From positions 3,047-67,046 of the forward strand of contig NZ_DAIQBT010000012.1 of assembly GCF_036781005.1 (NCBI RefSeq): 64,000 nt of DNA, in the 5' to 3' direction. This stretch comes from Clostridium sp. Lineage in GTDB: Bacteria > Bacillota > Clostridia > Clostridiales > Clostridiaceae. The notes under the pieces were generated by a model, which saw nothing but the letters and a program-made list of their open reading frames with translations, was not told the DNA's origin and did not search any database. Below are positions 58,412 to 64,000 of this stretch, piece by piece (position 1 is the stretch's first letter; each line of letters opens with the position of its first letter). The position numbers and the translations under genes were made by a program.

Positions 58412-59581
58412 TTAAGATCTAAATACAACTTCTTCTTTAGAAAACATAAATTTTGCCAAAAATACAGTGGCTATTACATATACAATATGCCAAGATAAAA
58501 CTACTGCAATATGAGTAGGGTTAAATACTCCTGAAATAGCTTCTTTCATAACTACCACTGCATTTACTATGGGTATATTAAAAAATAGAAAACCTATATT
58601 TTTTGAGTCCATCATAAAAGGTATGTAAGTCAAAATCATTACAGGAATTATAAATCCACCAAGATAGGTATTTGCTTCTTTCATGGAACGGGCAAACATA
58701 CTTATGGATATTTCTATGGAACTTAGTGATATTAATACAAACAGAGATACTATGCCTATAACTCCAAAAGCAACTATAGGAATGCTCAGTTTCCCTTCTA
58801 TGGAAAATATATAGAGCATGGAAGCTATCATGGAAGTTAATGTAATTATTAATGTAATAAATGCCACAGATGAAATTGCCATAAGCTTTCCCCAAAATAT
58901 AGACATTCTTCCCACAGATGTGGACAAAAGTGCTTCAAAGGTGTTTCTTTCTTTTTCACCTGCTACAAGATCGGCAGCTATTCCTATGGTGGGACTTATC
59001 ATAAAAATAATTAATATAGTAGGTAGTATACTTAAAATTCCAAAGGCTATGGCATTGTCATCTTGATTATTTAAAGTTTCCTCCTTTACTTGAAAAGGAG
59101 TTAGTATATTAGTATCAATTCCATTTTCATTCAATCTATCATATACGATAGATTTATTATAATTATCCAGATTATCTTTTATAAGTGAAGATGCCAGGGC
59201 GGATTTATTTGAATCTCTGTCATATATTATTTTGATAGTGGCTTCAGTTTTATTGGAAATTTTTAAGTCAAAGTCTTCAGGAGTTTCAATTATAAGGGAT
59301 ATTTTGCCTTTTTTCAATTTTTCATTTGAATTACCTGTATTATCTATAGTTATGTTATTTAGTTTTTTTAACATGAGGTATACTGAAGAACTTTCACTGC
59401 CTTTATAGGCAATAGTTATATTTTTTTCAATAGATTTTGTAGTGTCTTTCATGGTGGAATCTATTATTTTAAACATGGCAGGATATAGTATAATGGGTAA
59501 CAGTATAGTGAACACAAGAGTTTTTTTATCCCTGAAAATATCCATAAGTTCTTTCTTGAAAATTATCCAAAAGCTATTCAT
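58412..59581 (-). CDS. natB: NatB-like ABC permease
   Basis: KKELMDIFRDKK, AGEKERNTFEALL, FARSMKEA. Confidence 0.8.
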   Translation of the reverse strand: MNSFWIIFKKELMDIFRDKKTLVFTILLPIILYPAMFKIIDSTMKDTTKSIEKNITIAYKGSESSSVYLMLKKLNNITIDNTGNSNEKLKKGKISLIIETPEDFDLKISNKTEATIKIIYDRDSNKSALASSLIKDNLDNYNKSIVYDRLNENGIDTNILTPFQVKEETLNNQDDNAIAFGILSILPTILIIFMISPTIGIAADLVAGEKERNTFEALLSTSVGRMSIFWGKLMAISSVAFITLIITLTSMIASMLYIFSIEGKLSIPIVAFGVIGIVSLFVLISLSSIEISISMFARSMKEANTYLGGFIIPVMILTYIPFMMDSKNIGFLFFNIPIVNAVVVMKEAISGVFNPTHIAVVLSWHIVYVIATVFLAKFMFSKEEVVFRS

Positions 59582-60305
59582 GGACATTACCCCCTATTAA
59601 TTTTATAAATACTTCTTCTAAATTGTGGTTATTATATTTTTCTTTCAATTGATCTACGGTTCCCTCTTCTATAAGTCTTCCTTTTTGGATTATTATAACC
59701 CTGTCGCAGAGTTTCTCCACTTCTGTCATGGAATGAGAGGATAAGAGAAGTATTTTATTTTCACTTTTGCATTTCAAAATAAATTCATGTATTACTCTTG
59801 CTGCAGAAACATCCAATCCAGTACTTGGTTCATCAAACAGCATTACTTTTGGAGAATGTATTATAGACCTTGCTATGGATACTTTTTGCTTCATTCCCCT
59901 TGAAAATTTGCCTGCTTTTCTGTCTATGTATTCTTTCATTTCGAGATCTTTTATGAGTTCTTCCATTTTTTTGTTTATTTTTTCCTGTGTCATTCCATAG
60001 AGACGTCCAAAATATTCGATATTCTCTCTAGCGGATAACCTATCATAAAGTCCAACTTCACCTCCAAATAAAATGCCTATTTCTCCTCTTACTTTGGAAG
60101 GTTCTTTAATTACATCATATCCATTAACTTCTATAGTTCCCTGGGTAGGTTTTAACATAGTGGAAATCATTCTTAAGGTAGTGGTTTTTCCAGCACCGTT
60201 TTCACCTAGCAGACCTACTATTTCCCCCTTACTTACATGGAAAGATAATTTGTCTACAGCTCTTATATCTTTAAATTCTTTACTTATATTTTTTATTTCA
60301 AGCAT
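59574..60305 (-). CDS. natA: NatA-like ABC ATPase
   Basis: GENGAGKT, GLYDRLSAREN, FSRGMKQKV, FDEP, SSHSM. Confidence 0.85.
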   Translation of the reverse strand: MLEIKNISKEFKDIRAVDKLSFHVSKGEIVGLLGENGAGKTTTLRMISTMLKPTQGTIEVNGYDVIKEPSKVRGEIGILFGGEVGLYDRLSARENIEYFGRLYGMTQEKINKKMEELIKDLEMKEYIDRKAGKFSRGMKQKVSIARSIIHSPKVMLFDEPSTGLDVSAARVIHEFILKCKSENKILLLSSHSMTEVEKLCDRVIIIQKGRLIEEGTVDQLKEKYNNHNLEEVFIKLIGGNVHE

Positions 60306-60470
60306 TCATGGGCCTCCTTCTATAAAGATATATACTATTAACTTACTATATAAGTATGTACTTTTCAATATTTATCAAGTTATTTTTAAGTTTGGCAGAG
60401 TTTATCTATAAAAAAGTACCCAGAAAAAAAGTACCCAGATTTAATTTGTATAAATCTTAGGTACTTTACT

Positions 60471-60653
60471 TCATTTAATGTCTATGTTATCGAGGATTGC
60501 ATTGTATAGATTGGCTACATGTTTTCCAAGCCTTTTAGTTACTTGTTTGTCTATATCAAATTTTATGTCTGTTTTATTATTTGTTTCTTCTGAGAGATCA
60601 AAATGGGACAGAGCTGCTACGGTCAAATGAAGAGCAATTTCGTCTTTAGTCAA
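60471..60653 (-). CDS. Small hypothetical protein
   Basis: 60 aa, TTG after GGGGGGAG; followed by a stem-loop at about 60428-60467. Confidence 0.55.
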   Translation of the reverse strand: MTKDEIALHLTVAALSHFDLSEETNNKTDIKFDIDKQVTKRLGKHVANLYNAILDNIDIK

Positions 60654-60741
60654 CTTATCATCTCCCCCCTCTTTACGGAATTCATTTAAAACTATTATAT
60701 ATATATTCTATAAAACCATTTAAAATTCTCTTTATTTAACT

Positions 60742-60819
60742 TTTATCCCAACGCTGCCATTGCTAATACTTCTATTTTCTTTAGAATGGGAGATAAGCAC
60801 TGTTGCACACCTGGATAAG
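60742..60819. repeat. Family 2 intergenic element, apparently complete copy
   Basis: Ends TTATCC / GGATAA are inverted; first 55 nt align with 20793-20848. Confidence 0.65.
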
Positions 60820-60873
60820 TGTTCCTGAGAATTACGTTATATAAATTAGCTACAAAAGAAGATAAGTTTAGAA

Positions 60874-62154
60874 TTATAATTTAAATGTATTTGTAAGTTT
60901 ATTCATATCTTCAGACAGGACAACTAATTTACCGGAGGTACTGTCAATTTTATTAAATAAGGTCTCTTGTATTGTCAGTTTTTCCTTAATATCATTTGAA
61001 ACATCAATTCCTGATTTAATAGTAGAATTCATACTATCTATAGTAGAATTTATCTCTTCAAGAGAAGCTGCCTGAGTTGTAACTCCCTCAGTTATAGTAT
61101 TTATCATGCTAAAGGTATTTTCAATACTGTCGATAATTTCATCTATGCTTGTTTTTACCTGGTTGGATTTAGAAACACCGAGTTCCACTTTTTCTTCTGT
61201 TGTCATAACAGCGGATACTACATTTCTGGTTTTTGTATTCATATCTTTAACCAGATTAGCAATATCCTGAAGTGAACTATTGGTGCCTTCTGCAAGTTTT
61301 CTTATTTCTTCAGCTACCACAGAAAATCCCCTGCCTGCCTCACCGGCTCTAGCTGCTTCAATGGCGGCATTTAAAGCAAGTAGATTTGTCTGTTCCGAAA
61401 TTTCAGATATGATTACAATAATCTCATCAATTTTATTACTTTGTTTTTCAAGTTCAAGTACTTCATTACTTACATCTTTTGAGTTTGAAGCGAGATCATT
61501 TATAGCCCCTACAATGGAATCAACAGAAACTTTACCATTTTCAGCAGCATATTTTACTGATTTTGTATATTCTAAAATTTTAGAAGCAAGTTCGGCGGTA
61601 TTCTGTGAATTATCGGTTATGTCAGATAATGAAATTGAAGTTTGTTTTATATTCTCAACGTTTTTGTAAAAGTCAGATATAAGTTCCTTAATTCCTGCAG
61701 TGATTTCATTTATTTGAGTACTAGCTTGTACAATTATATTATTTAAATCTTCAGAGGATAAAGTTACTTTTTTAGAGGATTTTTGTATTTCTGATATTAG
61801 ATTTTTTAAATTATTTTTTGCTTTTAAAAGAGATTGTATCATTTGTCCTGCTTCTCCGTGTTGTATAGTTTCAATGTTAACAGAAAGATTGTTGTCTGCG
61901 ATAGAATCTGCAAGCATAATTCCCTTTTTTAGAGGTTTTACAACAATAAATTCCGACAGTAAGCTTGCAATTGTCTCAAAAATTATAAGGAATATTATAG
62001 CTTTAAAAATAATTTCTCCAGTAATTATTTGAAAAAAATTATTGTAAATATTATAAGATAAAGTAACTGCTATAGATATATTTGATACAAACATTGCAAA
62101 GAAAACTAAAAGCATAATACGAATACGTATTGAGAGATCTTTAATCTTATTCAT
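60874..62154 (-). CDS. Methyl-accepting chemotaxis protein without extracellular sensor domain
   Basis: Two close TM helices, [34 protein letters not shown]. Confidence 0.92.
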   Translation of the reverse strand: MNKIKDLSIRIRIMLLVFFAMFVSNISIAVTLSYNIYNNFFQIITGEIIFKAIIFLIIFETIASLLSEFIVVKPLKKGIMLADSIADNNLSVNIETIQHGEAGQMIQSLLKAKNNLKNLISEIQKSSKKVTLSSEDLNNIIVQASTQINEITAGIKELISDFYKNVENIKQTSISLSDITDNSQNTAELASKILEYTKSVKYAAENGKVSVDSIVGAINDLASNSKDVSNEVLELEKQSNKIDEIIVIISEISEQTNLLALNAAIEAARAGEAGRGFSVVAEEIRKLAEGTNSSLQDIANLVKDMNTKTRNVVSAVMTTEEKVELGVSKSNQVKTSIDEIIDSIENTFSMINTITEGVTTQAASLEEINSTIDSMNSTIKSGIDVSNDIKEKLTIQETLFNKIDSTSGKLVVLSEDMNKLTNTFKL

Positions 62155-62383
62155 AATATCATCCACCTGTCTTTTATAATTAATATTTAAAGTAATAATA
62201 TAAAATTTAAATTATAGTTAAAAGTTTTAATTATATATAAATACTTTATACTATTTTAAATAAAAATAATAGTGTGGAATTCATATCAAATATATTGTAT
62301 TTCAATAAATATAAATTCAAAAATGATAATATTATATCGAATAACAATAATTTATCCTTTATAATATAATAATGGAGGATAAA

Positions 62384-62581
62384 ATGAAAATTATAGTTAA
62401 CCTGGATGTTATGATGGCAAAGAGAAAGATGTCTCTTTCAGAATTGGCAAAAATGGCGGGGATCACAAATGCCAACTTATCTATATTGAAAAATAACAAC
62501 AAGGCAAAAGCAATAAGGTTTTCTACTCTTTGTACAATTTGCTTATCAAGAAATACTTTTCTCCATCTTAAAATTATTTAG
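62384..62581 (+). pseudogene. YozG-like XRE regulator with aberrant C-terminus
   Basis: IIVNLDVMMAKRKMSL..ITNANLSILK..KAKAIRFSTL..IC then unrelated tail lacking the usual CQPGD. Confidence 0.6.
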
Positions 62582-62597
62582 GTCATTTTTTATTTTT

Positions 62598-62632
62598 ATA
62601 TGCTATAATATATTTTATATGCTATAACATAT
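62598..62632. promoter_or_regulatory. Tandem operator pair upstream of the XRE-cupin regulator
   Basis: ATATGCTATAATATAT and ATATGCTATAACATAT, 19 bp start to start. Confidence 0.7.
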
Positions 62633-62667
62633 TTTTAAACTATAATGGGAAGAAAGGCTGATATAAA

Positions 62668-63216
62668 TTGAATAATCCAACATTTAACATAGGTTCTGTT
62701 CTAAAAAGGGTTAGGTTTGAAAGAGGATTGACTTTAGAGGAAACATCTAAACTTACTAAAGTAAGCAAGGCAATGCTGGGTCAGATTGAGAGGGGAGAAT
62801 CAAATCCTACAATATCGGTATTATGGAAAATTTCTACGGGCCTTAAAATTTCATTTTCTGAAATATTAGGAAGTGAAGTTACTAACTTTGAAGCGATATC
62901 AATAGATAATATAAAACCCCTATATGAATCAGATGGAAAAATGATATTGTATGATGTATTTCCATTTAATCCGCTGTTGGGATTTGAATATTTTTATATC
63001 AAGCTTCTTCCGGGTGCTAAACATTTTTCTGCTCCCCATAATAATTCCCAAGAAGAATATGTGGTGGTGACAAAAGGTACTATGGTAATAACTGTAGAAG
63101 AGCAAATTTTTGAACTTGCTGCTCCTTCGGCATTAAAATTTAAAGCAAACAGAAAGCATAGCTACAGCAATCCTTATGATACAGAAGCTGTATTTCAAAA
63201 TATAGTTAAATATTAA
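62668..63216 (+). CDS. XRE-cupin transcriptional regulator (SutR/PuuR-like)
   Basis: GLTLEE..VSKAMLGQIERGESNPT..LWKI; cupin H..EEY..H.Y.N. Confidence 0.9.
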   Translation: MNNPTFNIGSVLKRVRFERGLTLEETSKLTKVSKAMLGQIERGESNPTISVLWKISTGLKISFSEILGSEVTNFEAISIDNIKPLYESDGKMILYDVFPFNPLLGFEYFYIKLLPGAKHFSAPHNNSQEEYVVVTKGTMVITVEEQIFELAAPSALKFKANRKHSYSNPYDTEAVFQNIVKY

Positions 63217-63265
63217 AACCAGAGTATTGCTAAAGTATATGTTCTGGATTTATTTTAAAAAGAAT

Positions 63266-63300
63266 ATATGCTATAACATATAAAATCTTATATAACGTAT
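63266..63300. promoter_or_regulatory. Tandem operator pair upstream of the glycyl radical enzyme gene
   Basis: ATATGCTATAACATAT (63266) and degenerate ATCTTATATAACGTAT (63285), same 19-bp spacing. Confidence 0.7.
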
Positions 63301-63319
63301 AATGAAGGGAGACACAGGT

Positions 63320-64000
63320 ATGCTTACAGAAAGAGTTGAAATTCTAAGGCAGAATTATATAAATGCAAAACCGGCAATTTCATATGAAAGGGCAAAAATC
63401 TGGACAGAATCACATAAAAGAACAGAAGGCGAATCAATTGCTATAAGGAGAGCAAAAGCTTTTAGAGATACTTGTCAGCAAATTGATGTTAATATTTTTC
63501 CTGGAGAGCTTATTGTAGGGGCTGTTGGAGAATTCAGGAAATGCGGGATACTGACTCCAGAGTTTTCCTGGAGATGGGTGGATAGAGAAATGGACACTTT
63601 TGATAAAAGAGAGCAGGATCCATATGTTATGACAGATGAACAAAGGACATTTGTAAGAAAGAATATATTCCCATATTGGAAGGGGAAATCTTTAGAAGAA
63701 GCATTTCTAGCACAATTGCCTGAAGAAACTGTAAAAGTTGTAGTAGATACTGGATTTGTGGATAATGATTCAAAATGGAGACAGGCCGTTGGGGAAATAA
63801 CACCAGATTATCAAGATGTTTTATTTAAAAGAGGTTTTGGAGGCATTATAAAAGAGGCAAAAGAAAATATGGCAAGACTGTCTCTTACTTCAGCAGAAGA
63901 TATGAAAAAGAAAGACTTTTATAACTCTATAATAATTACCTCTGAAGGTATTATTATACTGGCAAATAGATATGCTAGAAAAGCTAAAGAGATGGCGGCA
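63320..64000 (+). CDS. Glycyl radical enzyme (PFL2/dehydratase-like), 5' part, runs off the window
   Basis: Not in ORF track; manual translation MLTERVEILRQNYINAKPAISYERAKIWTESHKRTEGESIAIRRAKAF..IFPGELIVG..PEFSWRW..PYWKGKSL..ANRYA; RBS AAGGGAG. Confidence 0.88.
   Translation, partial: MLTERVEILRQNYINAKPAISYERAKIWTESHKRTEGESIAIRRAKAFRDTCQQIDVNIFPGELIVGAVGEFRKCGILTPEFSWRWVDREMDTFDKREQDPYVMTDEQRTFVRKNIFPYWKGKSLEEAFLAQLPEETVKVVVDTGFVDNDSKWRQAVGEITPDYQDVLFKRGFGGIIKEAKENMARLSLTSAEDMKKKDFYNSIIITSEGIIILANRYARKAKEMAA

Noticed and set aside
60411..60467. Direct repeat AAAAAGTACCCAGA x2 as att site
   Set aside because: Better explained as local duplication of one terminator arm; no integrase nearby
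63434..63643. 69-aa minus-strand ORF
   Set aside because: Antisense to the glycyl radical enzyme gene

Overview
AT-rich chromosomal window from a Clostridium, very close to C. kluyveri judging by the cat2-orfY-cat1-sucD-4hbD-sigL succinate/4-hydroxybutyrate cluster. 1-14.5 kb: cell-surface locus (Ig-like and CWB2 wall proteins, two TolC-like proteins, WG-repeat and SLAP proteins, DUF1659-DUF2922-sigma module, manC, vanZ) carrying several heptamer-built hairpin repeats. 14.6-17.8 kb: decayed insertion hotspot (recombinase, efflux adaptor and Rpn stubs, a flavodoxin/DUF4405 pair under a MerR-type promoter, an intact HEPN-MNT toxin-antitoxin pair). 18-41 kb: feoAB with Fur box, T-box-controlled trpB2, a dCache chemoreceptor, Zur-boxed znuA, lantibiotic-immunity-type ABC, two two-component systems, ydbST, G1 peptidase, cupin. 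41-58 kb: a sigma54 island. An ACP/acyl ligase/LuxE/LuxC operon (no luciferase) and the abfD-led 4-hydroxybutyrate operon each have a -24/-12 promoter and the same TGCA-N4-TGCA upstream sites, with the activator between them and sigL at the end. This is the best candidate for an undescribed system. 58-64 kb: natAB, an MCP, an XRE-cupin regulator and the 5' part of an unassigned glycyl radical enzyme. A second candidate is a flavinylation-like motif inserted in both the chemoreceptor and the flavodoxin. No rRNA, tRNA or CRISPR array seen. All family calls come from motif recognition, not database searches; several starts were moved from the ORF track to RBS-supported codons.
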